Positions 23,810-36,130 are shown, counted from the stretch's first letter. The stretch is DNA of 64,000 nucleotides from Camelus ferus (GCF_009834535.1 NC_045730.1:26040001-26104000), one strand, 5' to 3'. Notes: generated from the sequence alone by a model not told the origin. Translations and numbers: made by a program.

Positions 23810-25794
23810 CAGGTGTAGTTTTAAGACAAAGTGGTACTAAGAACCCATTTATGACCATTCTTGAAGTCAAGGGACTTTATGTACAAATTTGTTCTTTTAA
23901 CGGGTACCTGAATTGAACGTTAGCTTGTGCATTCTATATTGCTTTTCCAACTTCTGTAGTCCCCAGTAGATCTTTCCCCCGAGATTAAATCAGAATCTAT
24001 GCATATATAAAGCACACTTACTTCTGAGCCACATTCTACTTTTATTTTGAAAAAATATTACAACATAATCAAACTATATTAAAATGAAAAACGTATTACT
24101 GTGAGGTTTATGAATCATATCACGGTGGAATTTGTGGAGTATCCGTCTCTTGGTAAAATCCAGCTTTTCACACCAGTTTCTATTTTGTACACTGTTATTT
24201 ACATTGTGACATTGTGCTTTCTGTTTTATGGTCTAGCGAGCACCATGCTCCTCCCAGGTGACTTTCAGAGGTAATCTTCTGACCAGTCTCTAGGAAAAGC
24301 TGTATGAAACATGCCCAGATAGGTTTAAAGGTATCCTGTCACAAGAAGGCTTTTGAGAAACAAATAAAAAATAGAAAGATGCTAATCCCCTCTCTTTGAA
24401 TTAATACATATCGCTGAAACTCACGCCAGTGAATGTTTGATTACCCACTGTTCAAGTTATATGATGAATGAAGATATCATTTTCTCTATTAGCCAAGGTG
24501 GAATGTGGAATTGGGCGCTATCTCTACAGACTTACAATCGCCATTCTCTCGGGTGCAGGATACTAGCACGTCCTGGGCGCCCCTCGTATCGTAGAGCTGT
24601 TCTGAAGGAAAGAGGCATCTTTGGAGTCTCAGCTTAGCATCTGGGGACTTTTAGTGTCGAGGGCATCAGGTGGATTGTCTTTTGGTTGAGTATTCGTCCC
24701 GTCGTCTTCCCGCGACCTCCGCAGGTTTGCGTCCCAGCTGTGACGCCCACACCACTAAACAGCCCTCGGCCCCCAAGCACGTCACCCCTCAGGCCCCACT
24801 CTGTCCCCACAACCATTCTTACAGTACAAGAACAGTCAGCCTTCTGCTACCCACTCCTTCCTCAAAATCAAGGTCATATTTCAGGGTCCGTCCTCTACAA
24901 AACACCGTCCTGTGCCCACATGAACTTAGCTTCTTTTTGATCCCATTCCAGCGGAAACTGGATGTGGCCTCACTGCCTCTCGCGCGCTGTGAGTTCTAAG
25001 ATGAAGTGGGGAGAATTTCCAGTGCTTCCCCTCCTGTGCCCATTGAGCGTGGCATGTTCAGAAGCCCACGACTCGTGCAGGGCTGTCCTCAGCAGCGATG
25101 ATTTTCCCGTCCCTTCCCCCACTCCAGTGCCTCCTGTGTGCACACAGGTGAGAACAGGAGTCCAGGCGTGAGCACCTTGGAGGGGCGATGAGTCTCACTG
25201 GATTGCCTGAGAGAGGTCGGGAGGGGGGCGGCGCCTCCTTTGGGGTCTGTCCGCTGACTGTGTGCGCTTGCAGCTCTGGCAGGGCGTGACCTTCCCTGCC
25301 ACGGGCTGGCCCTGCCTCGACTCTCTGGAGAGTGCCCCCGTGCAGCCACAGGCCAGGGCAGAAGGTCAGCTCCCCACGGCTGGGCTGCCTCTCTCTGCTT
25401 CTTATCCCACGGCCGCCTCCAATGACAGGCTGCCACTCAGCAGAATTTCTAAACATGGCGTTGGAGAAGTAAGGAAGTCACTGTGGAACACTGAATAATT
25501 TAGGATGTTACACCTCAGTCTGGGGGTGCTCATATTCTTAAGAAACATTGAACGTTAGCATCGTTTGGCAATTCCAAAACGGGCATGTGGTGAACCAACA
25601 ACTTCGCTGCCTTCGTCTGGGTCGTGCTGCGGGTGAAAGGACACCGTAACGTGCGTCTTTGGGGGCGGAGAAGAGAGGACGAGGGACGCGGTGAGAGGTC
25701 AGCGCAAACCGTAAGATGCAGCTGTGCCCTGCTGACCTCTCTGAAAGACTGCGGGCTGTGAGGAGAGCACTTGGTTTGGAGCAGACATTGCTCC

Positions 25795-25900
25795 AACCAC
25801 CTGCTGTGTGACCTGGCGCAAGTCACCACTTTCTCCGGCCCCAGTCTTTTCTAAACAGTGGGGTTAGAATCGCGCCCGCTCGGGTGAAGCAGTCGCTAAC
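25795..25900 (+). mobile_element. MIR fragment
   Basis: ccacctgctgtgtgacctggcgcaagtcacc...aaacagtggggttagaat. Confidence 0.55.
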
Positions 25901-25914
25901 GCTTTTAAGAGCCT

Positions 25915-26060
25915 GTGATGTGTCAGGCACTGTCCCAGTAGCTTACCATGTATGGACTCCTTTCATCCTCAACCCTACAAAATAAGTGTCACTATTATGC
26001 CCATTTTACAGACGTGAAAGCTGAGGCACAGGGGCGAGCACCTTGTAAGTGGCAGGGCAG
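25915..26060 (-). mobile_element. MIR fragment
   Basis: tgtcaggcactgt...attatgcccattttacagacgtgaaagctgaggcacag. Confidence 0.7.
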
Positions 26061-26536
26061 GAACCCCCAACGTGTTTCACAGGACAGTCGCTCAGGTCAA
26101 GTTGCTTCTTTAGCTCTGATGTAAAACACAAGTGTCAGATGTCACAGCGCCAAGTGCAGTGGCAAAACTACCTGCCCCGCACAAGCCAGACTCCACCGGC
26201 TAGTGCACAGCTGTGAGCTGAGGGGTTTGATTGGATCCGAGTTCTGTTCAAATCCATGGAATAATGAGCTGCGTGGTGATAGGCACACGGGCTTCCTGAA
26301 ATGTGGAGCTGGAAGTGGAAAAGCACCCCGCCCCCCGGAGACCAAGCTCAGCCCCTTTCACACTCGGAGCGCGTCTCCCCTGCGCCAGCCAGAGGCGCCG
26401 TGGGGCAGAGGCCCTGCCAGTGGGTCCGCACCCTGGCTTTTGCCGCCCCTGGTTCTGTGACAGAAGCTCTGCACACGCTCGCTGTTCCTTGGTTCTGTAT
26501 TTATACAATGCGGGCAGTAGAGGTCCCTTCCTCACC

Positions 26537-26551
26537 GGGGGGGGGGGGGGG
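26537..26551 (+). repeat. G15 homopolymer
   Basis: 15 consecutive G counted directly. Confidence 0.95.
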
Positions 26552-26727
26552 CGGGCGGAGGTAGAGCGGGTTAGTGTTTATCCAGCCCTTGGGAGAGGAC
26601 GGCGCAGAGCGGCCTTTCTGTGGGAGTCGGCGGTCGCTCGTCGGCATTCTCCAGAAAAGACCTTCTTTCCAGAATCAGTAGATGCTGTGCCCAAAGCAGG
26701 CGGATAGAAACAGGTCTTTCCCTAACA

Positions 26728-26898
26728 GTGCGTGCATCTTGTTGTGTGTGCGTGCGTGTGTGTGCGTGTGTCTTGTGTGGTGTGTGTGCATGTGTGTGCA
26801 CGCGCATGTGTGCGAGTGTGTGCACGTGTGTGTCTGTGCGTGGGTGGGTGGGTGTTTGGGCACGGGTGTGTGTGTGTACGTGTGTGTGCGTGGGTGTG
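26728..26898. repeat. Degenerate (GT/GC)n purine-pyrimidine alternating tract
   Basis: ~170 bp of gtgc/gtgt/gcgt units. Confidence 0.9.
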
Positions 26899-27164
26899 GA
26901 AGGCAGGTACAGGAGACAGAGTGTGAGAGAGAAAAAAAGAGAATGTGTCCTATGTATGAATTAGGTAAAAATTCAGGGAAAAGAGAGGTGAATTGGCAGG
27001 AGAAAACGACCACGCACTCTGGGGAAGACAGGAGACTTCCCTGGAGGGAATCCTGACGGCCCCTGGGCTTGTCCCTGACCTCCCCCCGGGCCGGCCTGGG
27101 CCACACCTGGGCACAGGTGTGAGCTGATCAGGAAGACAGGTGCCTGCCACAGGCGACAGACTGG

Positions 27165-27305
27165 GGAATGCGTATTAGGGTTCCCTCAGATCTATGCGCA
27201 GGAGTGGGGTTGCTGGATCACATGCTAAGTCTATTTTTAGTTTTTTAAGGAATCTCCATACAATTTTCCAAAGTGGCTGCACCAAATTTTGCTCCCACTA
27301 ACAGT
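27165..27305 (-). mobile_element. L1 ORF2 3'-region fragment
   Basis: aggagtggggttgctggatcacatg...ttttttaaggaatctccatacaattttccaaagtggctgcacc. Confidence 0.75.
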
Positions 27306-27544
27306 TGAATCTGACCACTCGGCCCAAAGGCCTTCCGTGCCCTCCCTGCTGCGCCATGACGTCTCCCTCATCACAGTACCTCTCCGGTGCGTCTTATCAT
27401 GTCGTTCAGGTTTAAGGCACTGTTGGTTATAACCTATCCTCACTTCAGGAATTTTAAAATGTGGAAAACAATAAGTTCTTTGAGTTGAAATGCACAATGT
27501 GACAGTTCACGTTCTGTCTCTCGTTGGGGCACACACTTTGCCAG

Positions 27545-27900
27545 AGCAGGGGCCTCTCTCCTGGCCCAACCCTCCTCCAGGTGTTCTCCGTCCCGCAGTC
27601 CAAGTTCTGAACTGCTGGTCTAATCACACCACTTCCCTGCTTAAAGTGATTACATGGCCCCTCACTCTCGCAGGACAAACTCCAAAATGCCTGCAGGGCA
27701 CGGTGGCCTCCAGGTCTGAGCTCCTGCCCACTGTCCATCCAGGTCTGGACCGCCCTCTCTGTTCGTTTCTCCGGCAGTAACCACCTTCTTGGGGTCTCAG
27801 AGCACAGACTTCTGGCCTCACTGTGCTGGCACTTGGCCTGATGTGTGCCGCCCCCTCGCCCGGCTGACTCCGGCCAATCCCCCACCCTCAGCGCTCACAC
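27545..27900 (+). mobile_element. L2 fragment
   Basis: cacaccacttccctgcttaaagtgattacatggcccctcact...ggacaaactccaaa. Confidence 0.55.
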
Positions 27901-27994
27901 TCCGCCAAGCTTTCTGCCCTTCCTGGCGGACAGAACTTCGTCCATCATAAAACACCAAGCCAATCACCATTTACTGCAATTATGGAACCTTTGT

Positions 27995-28160
27995 ACAATA
28001 GTTTGTCTAGTTAACGTGCACTTACTGAGCACCTAGTGTGTGCCAGACGGTCTTAGGCACTGAGGTCACAGCAGTAAACAAAACCACAAAAATTCCTGCC
28101 CTGATGGGTCTTACGCTTCAGTGAAGGTGAACAGACCATAAAAAAGACACATGAGAAATG
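27995..28160 (-). mobile_element. L2 3' end
   Basis: ttactgagcacctagtgtgtgccagacggtcttaggcactgagg...cagtaaacaaaac...cctgccctgatgg. Confidence 0.75.
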
Positions 28161-29374
28161 CGCAGGAGACCACACACCGAGGAGAGCTGCGGGGGAAACC
28201 GAGGCAGGAGAGGGCCCGGGAGGCCCAGCGGCTGAGAGGCAAGGCCCAGGGCAGGCTCGGCGAGGACGCGAACAGCTGGGCCAGCGGCAGGCCCCGTGGT
28301 CTCAGACTGGCCTCCAGATGCCGCCGTCTTTCCCGCCTGGCTCACCCCTGGTGAGAGCGGCCGGGTGTCGGAGTGGGATCGCCCAGCGCCATCTGCAGGG
28401 CCCACATGCGTGGTTCCGGAGCCATTTTTCCACGTCGGGGGTGTCTGAGCTGCTTCTGTGGCCGTAAGCCACCCACTCTTTTAAAACGCGTAGCTGACAG
28501 CCAGCACCCACGTCCATTTCAAAGACCGCATTTGCGCACCAGCTGCTGTGATCTCGCAGTCGCCCCCTCGGGCGTTCCCTCCCAGGCCCCCGGGCATGGC
28601 TTTGGCGTCCAAAGAGCCCGACTGCAAAGCAGGAGGACATCGTCCCAGGACCCCCCCCCCACACCGGACGGGGACACGAGCAGGACTCATGCCGATGCGG
28701 ACAGGACAGGGAGCTAGGACTCTGCTGAAAGCAGGTTTTGTTCAAAGTGGGAGAGAACAGCAGAGCCCTGGGTGCCTGGATGCGAAGTCGAGCTGCGGCT
28801 GGGTGGGGTGGGGGTCGGGAGACACGCCTCCACCCATTTCTAAACTTTACTCAAGAAGTGGGTTGGTCTGGCTCTCCCTCTCGGCTCGAAGGGGCTCCTG
28901 GCCCGCAATGCTCATGTCGGCGCCTCCTGGGCACCATGACTGCTGTTAGCTTCTTTTTCTCCAAAGAAAATGTATGATAGTTGTATGATGCTGTTCAAAA
29001 CTTCATTCGTTTATTTGTATGTATTTATATTTATCCAACAAGTGACTAGCTCTGCACTGCAGCAACGTCCACAGAGATGGGTAAGTGAGGACTTTGTCCT
29101 GTAAACCACTGGCTTCCAAACTTGGCCGTGGATTAGAAAAGACAGTACATATGGTTAATAATAACTTACACACTATGACGTTTATATAATTAAAACATAT
29201 GAACACCTGTCAGTCAGCAGTTTGGTGAACACCCTTCCAGGAACAGTGCTATTTTGCATACTTTCCCCCTTTATTTCCCTTATCTTGATTCATTGTTTAG
29301 TTTTTAAATACATTTCTGATAGAAAGGTAAAAACTTCCTCATTATAAATGTTAAAAATAATATAACATTATGTA

Positions 29375-29480
29375 AAAACAGACATAGGCATGTATCTGTG
29401 TGATCGAAGCTTTATGCTGTACACCAGAAATTGACACCACCCTGTAAACTGATCACACGTCCATCAAAAAAGAATGCAAA
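29375..29480 (+). mobile_element. Short L1 3' tail
   Basis: ctttatgctgtacaccagaaattgacaccaccctgtaaactga...aaaaaa, followed by an AT-rich low-complexity tract to ~29580. Confidence 0.7.
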
Positions 29481-31929
29481 TTAAAGATATAAATATATAC
29501 AAGGTTATATATAAATAAATATAAAAACATTTAAAAATATAAAAATACATAATCATAAATATATATAAGGTTATAGTAAATGAATTAAAAATTCTGAAGC
29601 CTCAAACAAAGCACAGCGTGGTTAAAGTCTTACTACAACTGGTAGACGCTTAGATGTTGGACTGCTTGGTCTGTATTAAACAGCGCCGTGTCTGGCGTGT
29701 CTGCGTGTGCATTTTGAGTGTGTGGCACTGACAGCTCCCCTGGTGAACCAGCCTCACCAGCACTACGCGAGCAGAGGAAAGTATGCTTCCTGTGGGACGT
29801 GTGCTGTCCGACAGAGTAGCTGCCCGGCCATGCTTTGTGGAAAGAGACACGTGTGTCCGGGAAAACTTCAAGATGCAGGAAGGCAGGGTGAGAGGATTGA
29901 TATTGGCTGTCTGTGAAAGCAGCCCCTCTTCCATGTCGCTTTGTCTGCTTCTCTCGTACACGGACGGTATCTGGCCACGCTGGGTGAACGGAAGATGTTG
30001 CAGCAGCTACAGTGTCCCAGCTTATTCCATCCCCAGGCCCCCCTCAGGGGGTGGCCTCGCCATTGCTCCAAACATTGTGGGTGAAGCATTTGGAACCTGT
30101 GCTTCGGGGGAATGAGTTAGTTTTCAAAATACAGAGTGTGTTTCTAAGTGTTTATTCAAGGAGAACAGAAGAAGGGTGGTGTGTTCTGATTGTCTTTGTA
30201 ATTTGCGCACATTCCACCTCAATCTGTCGTAACTCAGCGGGACTTGGCTTGCGGGCTCTTTGCTTTGAGCTGCTGGCCTCGGGGGCAGAGCCCGCAGCGT
30301 CTGCCGGGCTGAGCACAGATAGCCCGCACCACTCCAGCAGCAACGGGCGATATTTTTAGCCAAACTCGATGGCATCCCCGCCTAATTCCTTTCCCTTCTT
30401 GCAGTCAAGACAGTGGAAGAGCTGACTGTAATCTGAGGACACCTCCTCCACAGACACCTCCAGAGAAGCTGAAAGATACGAAGGTGTTTGTTACAAGCAA
30501 GGGAAGTTGTGAAACAGCGGCGAACAGGAGATGCGCACCTGCTGACCTCTCCCTCCCTCGGAAGGCGGTGAGCAGGACCGCGGCCGCCACTGAGTGCGGG
30601 CGTTAGACTGACTTTTGGGTGGAAAGACCACAAAGGCCGTGCTCAGTGGGTGTTCGATGATCAGACAAAACCCTCGAGAAGCACGAGGGTCTTACCTGGA
30701 CATTGGTTCAAGGAAGTTCAAAACATCGGGAAACTCTTAGCAACACAGGAGAGACGGACGCCGGTTCCAGCACCGGGGACGCAGCAGCACAGGAGAGACG
30801 GACGCCTGCACTGATGTCAGGGTGTGCACCCAAAGTGATCACGGGGGAGACAGAGATGAACAACCGCTTGGCGCGTTGTCTTCCCCAGCGATTTGGTGCT
30901 GATTTTACAGTGTATCGTGGGATGTGAACTGTGTTTTACTCAGTAGGGCAACTGTCATTGTAGGAAAGAGAGTAAGTCATTTGACTTGAACATTTAAAAT
31001 TTGTGTAACATGAGTGATTTTTCTTACTTGCTTTGTGCTGGTGTCCACAGTGGCACAAGCGACTTTTCCACCCACACTATTTCTAGTGCGATGGCAACAT
31101 ACGTGATGTAAAATAAACATTCTGAAGTGGTGTAGTCTCCTAACGGCCTAAGAACAGGCCCTTCACTAAAGCCATAGGTGGGTGGAAGTAATTGATGAGT
31201 AATATGTCTGAGAACTTTTTATGATTTGGGGGATGTAAAACTGGGGCAAATACACCAGCTGCAAAAGCAAAAGTCCCAGGGAACACAACTGCCCGTTAAC
31301 CACGTCTTTTGTTTGTCACTAACGGATAAAGGACAGTGGGGATGACTCCCCGGGATGATTAGAGGAGTGAAACATGTAAGGGAAGCTTCCGGGAACTGTT
31401 AGGGTTTATGTATATAAACGTATACTTCATTCTGTCCCACGTGATGGTCACTATCAATCAGGTTCCGTTTATTAAACACATAGACGTAGATCTTGCTTCA
31501 AATTAATGTGCAAGGTCTGACAGCAACCGTGAGCCAGTCTTGCTACAGCTGAGCGCGTGAACACACTGCAGTGTGCTTATTTCTGCTCTAAGACCTAGTT
31601 ATGTATTTCAGTGTGCTTTTGCAGTCTCTTCCTAATACATTTTATTACGGTGCTCTAGTCCACAGAAAGTCTAAAATGATTAAGAAATTTTACTCAAGAG
31701 GAGAGAAATCACAGTCACTTTCTGGAAGATTTCCTTTAACTCAGTTTAATATGTTTATGAGAAAAGGCAATTGGAAACCATGTTTCACATAAACATGAGA
31801 TAATCATTTAGCCAGCTGCTTTCCTGCCAGCGCAAAGAAGCATGCATTTCGCCTGCCGGTTGTAGACACGTCTTCTCCAGGACTCTGATGAACTGTTTGA
31901 CTTTTCCCTTAGTGGTCACGATTATAGTC

Positions 31930-33170
31930 AGGAAGTCTGGTGTTAGTCTGAATCTCCTTCTCAGCTAGGGAACCAGTTTAGTTTCTAGAAAATTAGATTC
32001 TTCTACTTACAGAGTTTTGACTAGGAGATAGCTATATATGTGTTTTCTTTTAATAATCTTATCCAGGAAACTGGGGTGTACTTTTTCCTTAGTGATTTAA
32101 GTCCATCTTTAGCTCAAGGAAAATTTCCCTTGTTTCTTTGACCGTGAAATCTCCGTCATTTTAACACTCTTCCCCTTTGTGGCACTTGGTGAACCCTTTC
32201 GTCCTAGTAACTCAAGTCTGTCTTCAGTTTAAGAGATTTTCTTTTTCTTTTTCTGATGATTTCTCTCCATTCTCTCCTCCTGATACCTCTGACACCTACA
32301 CTGCACCTTCTGGATCTGTATTTCTTCTGTCTTAAGCCCTTTGCCACACTTTCTACCCTGTTTTCTTTTTAAGTCAGGGAAGAGTTGCTCAAGATGACGT
32401 TCCACTGGAGTGGGATTCCTGGTTNNNNNNNNNNNNNNNNNNNNNNNNNNNNNNNNNNNNNNNNNNNNNNNNNNNNNNNNNNNNNNNNNNNNNNNNNNNN
32501 NNNNNNNNNNNNNNNNNNNNNNNNNNNNNNNNNNNNNNNNNNNNNNNNNNNNNNNNNNNNNNNNNNNNNNNNNNNNNNNNNNNNNNNNNNNNNNNNNNNN
32601 NNNNNNNNNNNNNNNNNNNNNNNNNNNNNNNNNNNNNNNNNNNNNNNNNNNNNNNNNNNNNNNNNNNNNNNNNNNNTTTGTATTTCTTCCTTGGAGAATT
32701 GCTTGTTTAGGTCTTCTGCCCATTTTTGGATTGGGTTGTTTATGCTGAATCACTACGCTGTACACCAGAGATTAACACAACATCGTAAACCAACCCTATG
32801 TCAGTAAAAAAAAGTTTTTAATAAAAAAAATTTAAAAATAATAAAAGATGTAATTTCAAGTTACCAGTGCAGTTACTTGGAGCGTCTGCTACTCAGTGTC
32901 ATCCGTTTATTGACTTTTAAGTTTAGCAAGTACATTTCTAGATTCCAAGGGGCCTTTCTGGTTCTGAACGGCTCCTTTTGCAGCCTGCTCTTCTTTTTTG
33001 GATGTGATAGTCCCTGAAGTCAAGTTTCACTTTTTTTTCTTTTAAATGTTACATCCTGTGTCTATATTGTCTGTTTTTATTTGCTTGTTTTTAGGGGTCA
33101 TTTTAATTGCTTGTCTAGTTTGCTTATTCTCTTTCACGCGGCTGATTTTCCACAAATGACCACAGGGGTC
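31930..33170 (-). mobile_element. Old L1M/HAL1-like element split by the younger L1 at 32405-32845
   Basis: T-rich antisense L1-like sequence on both sides of the young insertion. Confidence 0.4.
32405..32845. mobile_element. Young L1 with inverted 5' part (antisense ORF2 piece joined to sense 3' tail)
   Basis: 32677-32740 is antisense L1 (ttcttccttggagaattgcttgtttaggtcttctgcccatttttggattgggttgttt). It is directly joined to a sense tail atgctgaatcactacgctgtacaccagagattaacacaacatcgtaaac plus A-rich tail. Contains N gap 32425-32676. Confidence 0.7.
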
Positions 33171-33287
33171 TGGTTTGCCCACATTTATCAATCAGCGGTT
33201 AGGCTGATCAGTACCAGGGGCCACTGGGAGTTGTGCACGGCACCATTGAATTTCCCTTGAAGATGGAGGTTGACTTTGGGGACCTGC

Positions 33288-34330
33288 ATTTCATTCATTC
33301 AACAAATATTTCTTGCATATGATAAATCTGTGAGCTACTGCGAACTAAGGACTGTTCTGTGGACTTGGGAAGTGGTGGTTTAAACAATAGACAATAATCC
33401 CTGCCAAGGGGGAAGGATATTCTAGTGGGGGGACTGAGACAAAACAAATAATAAATAAATTCTGTGATGTATTACAGGGGATAAGCACTAGGGAAGAACG
33501 GAGCAGAGTAGGGAGGGCTGGAGGTGTGGGCAGGGAAGGGAGGCTGGACTGTAACTGAACACAGGGGTCAGCATGGGGCTCACTGAGGGGACGACGCCTG
33601 AGCAGGAACCCCACCTGGAGCAGGGGCGGCAGCAGCCAGGAAGGTATCAGGGAACAACAGGAATGACGAGATGGATGCCGAACCGCGTCTGGGATGTCCC
33701 AGGAGCAGCAAGGAGGGCTGTGCCTGCAGTGATGTTAGTGAGGGAGGAGACTTGTGGGTGGAAATGACTCAGGTCTGAACCATTTGGGATCTTGTGGGCC
33801 TTGGTTTTTAGTCTGAGCCATCAGAAGGTTTTGAGTGAAACCGTGGACTGATCTGGTTAAGTTGAAGAGGATCCCACCGGCTGCAACGTTGAGAATAACA
33901 GCAGGACGGCAGGTGCGGGGCCGGGACAGCAGCCGGAGGCTGTGGCGATGACCGGGGCAGCAGCAGCCATGAGGAGACGAGGGGGCAGTGGACCTCCACC
34001 TCCTCACGTGCTTGGGGACCCTGGGGGTTGGGGTGTATTACGCGTGGGGTGTGGGAGAAAGACGGCAGCAGAGGGTGACACCAGATTTCAGGCCGGAGAG
34101 CCTGAACGGGGGAGAGCTATGACTGAGACAGGAATGCTGGGGTGTAGCAGGTTTTCGGGAGAAACCAGGAGTTCCATTTCGCACACGTTATATTTGGAAT
34201 ATTTGCTTGGCATCCAAATACAGATGCCGCCAAGGCGTTTGGGTACGTACGTGTGAGGGCGGGAGACACCCAGGGTAAAGATGCCAGCCTGAGAGTCATG
34301 GGCGTACAGCAGTATTCAGAGCTGTGAGCT
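33288..34330 (-). mobile_element. L2 (L2a-like) ~1 kb 3' portion
   Basis: Begins ttcattcattcaacaaatattt (L2 tail, antisense) and continues with typical L2 motifs (ccatcagaaggttttgag; ggagttccatttcgcacacgtta). Confidence 0.8.
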
Positions 34331-34791
34331 CACCAGAAACGGCCGTGCAGCCGGAGAAGTGCCGGCTGTGTGCCTGCAGGGGCTTCCTGGACCGGGAGGG
34401 CGGTGCGTCTGTGCCCAGGGTGCTGGGGGGCAGTGCACTGACAGCGGGACCCCTCTGGCGAGGCAGCAGAAGGAAGCGCCCCTGCAGGAGGACCGTGTGG
34501 GAGATGTGTTTGCCGTCTCTGGCAGCTTACTGCTCACTGGGGGCAGGTGTTGGAAAAGCCTCAAGGTAAGCGCAGGACTGGCTCCTGCATCCATGCTAGG
34601 GGTCCACTGTGACAGGCATCACTTCACTGAGAGGAGCTCTTTTGCCAGTAGACACACAACACATGCCACGGCTGCTCCCTGGGTGCACAGAGTATAGCAG
34701 AGCACAGCCAGCCCCTAAGGCTGCAGAATGTTCCTCAAAGCCTCAAAGCAGGGAGTGTTGCTGGAGTTTAGTTAAGAAAACGCATTTATTT

Positions 34792-35643
34792 ATTACTTTT
34801 TTTGAGGTATAGTCAGTTTACAATGTTGTGTTAATTTCTGGTGTACAGCACAATTCTTCAGTCATACATGGATGTACATACATTCATTTTCATATTCTTT
34901 TTTACCGTAAGCTACTACAAGATATTGAATATATTTCTGTGTACTATAAAATATAAACATATTTATCTATTTTATACATACCAGTCAGTATTTGCAAATC
35001 TCAAACTCTCAATTTATCCCTCCCCTCCTTCCTCCCCGTAACCATAAGTTTGTCTTCTGTGTCTGTGAGTCTGTTTCTGTTTTGTAAATTAGTTTGTTTG
35101 TCTTTTTTTTTTTTAGATTCCACATATAAGTGATATCATACAGTATTTTTCTTTCTCTTTCTGACTTATTTCACTTAGGATGACAATCTTCAGGCCCATC
35201 TATGTTGCTGCAANNNNNNNNNNNNNNNNNNNNNNNNNNNNNNNNNNNNNNNNNNNNNNNNNNNNNNNNNNNNNNNNNNNNNNNNNNNNNNNNNNNNNNN
35301 NNNNNNNNNNNNNNNNNNNNNNNNNNNNNNNNNNNNNNNNNNNNNNNNNNNNNNNNNNNNNNNNNNNNGAATTAAGTTTCCTCCTGGAAATATGCCCAGG
35401 AGCGGGATTGCTGGGTCACATGGTAAGTCTATTCCTAGTCTTTTGAGGAATCTCCACACTGTTTTCCACAGTGGCTGCCCCAAACTGCATTCCCACCACA
35501 GTGTAGGAGGGTTCCCTTTTCTCCACAGCCTCTCCAGCATTTGTCATTTGTGGACTTTTGAAGGATGGCCATTCTGACTGGTGTGAGGTGATACCTCGTT
35601 GTAGTTTTGATTTGCATTTCTCTGATAGTTAGTGATATTGAGC
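34792..35643 (-). mobile_element. Young 5'-truncated L1 with ORF2 C-terminal remnant and 17-18 bp TSD
   Basis: Minus-strand translations [40 protein letters not shown] and [21 protein letters not shown] (frameshifted) match the L1 ORF2 Cys-rich domain. TSD AGAAAAYGCATTTATTTA at 34775-34792 and 35644-35661. Contains N gap 35214-35368. Confidence 0.95.
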
Positions 35644-35818
35644 AGAAAATGCATTTATTTAACTTATCCAGAGGTCCCCTCTGACCTGAATTGGGTGTTA
35701 AGCCGCTCGTCTGTAACTAGGGGTTCTGCAATATGATCCTTTTGTTTTCATTTTATAGAAATTATACAGTTTCTGGGTCATCAATATGGTCTTGCTCCAT
35801 GTATGTTTTCTAGTGCTG

Positions 35819-36130
35819 NNNNNNNNNNNNNNNNNNNNNNNNNNNNNNNNNNNNNNNNNNNNNNNNNNNNNNNNNNNNNNNNNNNNNNNNNNNNNNNNNN
35901 NNNNNNNNNNNNNNNNNNNNNNNNNNNNNNNNNNNNNNNNNNNNNNNNNNNNNNNNNNNNNNNNNNNNNNNNNNNNNNNNNNNNNNNNNNNNNNNNNNNN
36001 NNNNNNNNNNNNNNNNNNNNNNNNNNNNNNNNNNNNNNNNNNNNNNNNNNNNNNNNNNNNNNNNNNNNNNNNNNNNNNNNNNNNNNNNNNNNNNNNNNNN
36101 NNNNNNNNNNNNNNNNNNNNNNNNNNNNNN
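35819..36130. other. Assembly gap (312 N), flanks not L1-like
   Basis: N run. The other gaps are 32425-32676, 35214-35368, 37283-37590, 37616-37816 and 53269-53419. Confidence 0.95.

Noticed and set aside
30740-30806. CRISPR-like repeat-spacer-repeat
   Set aside because: Only two copies, no cas genes, mammalian context; treated as a local duplication.
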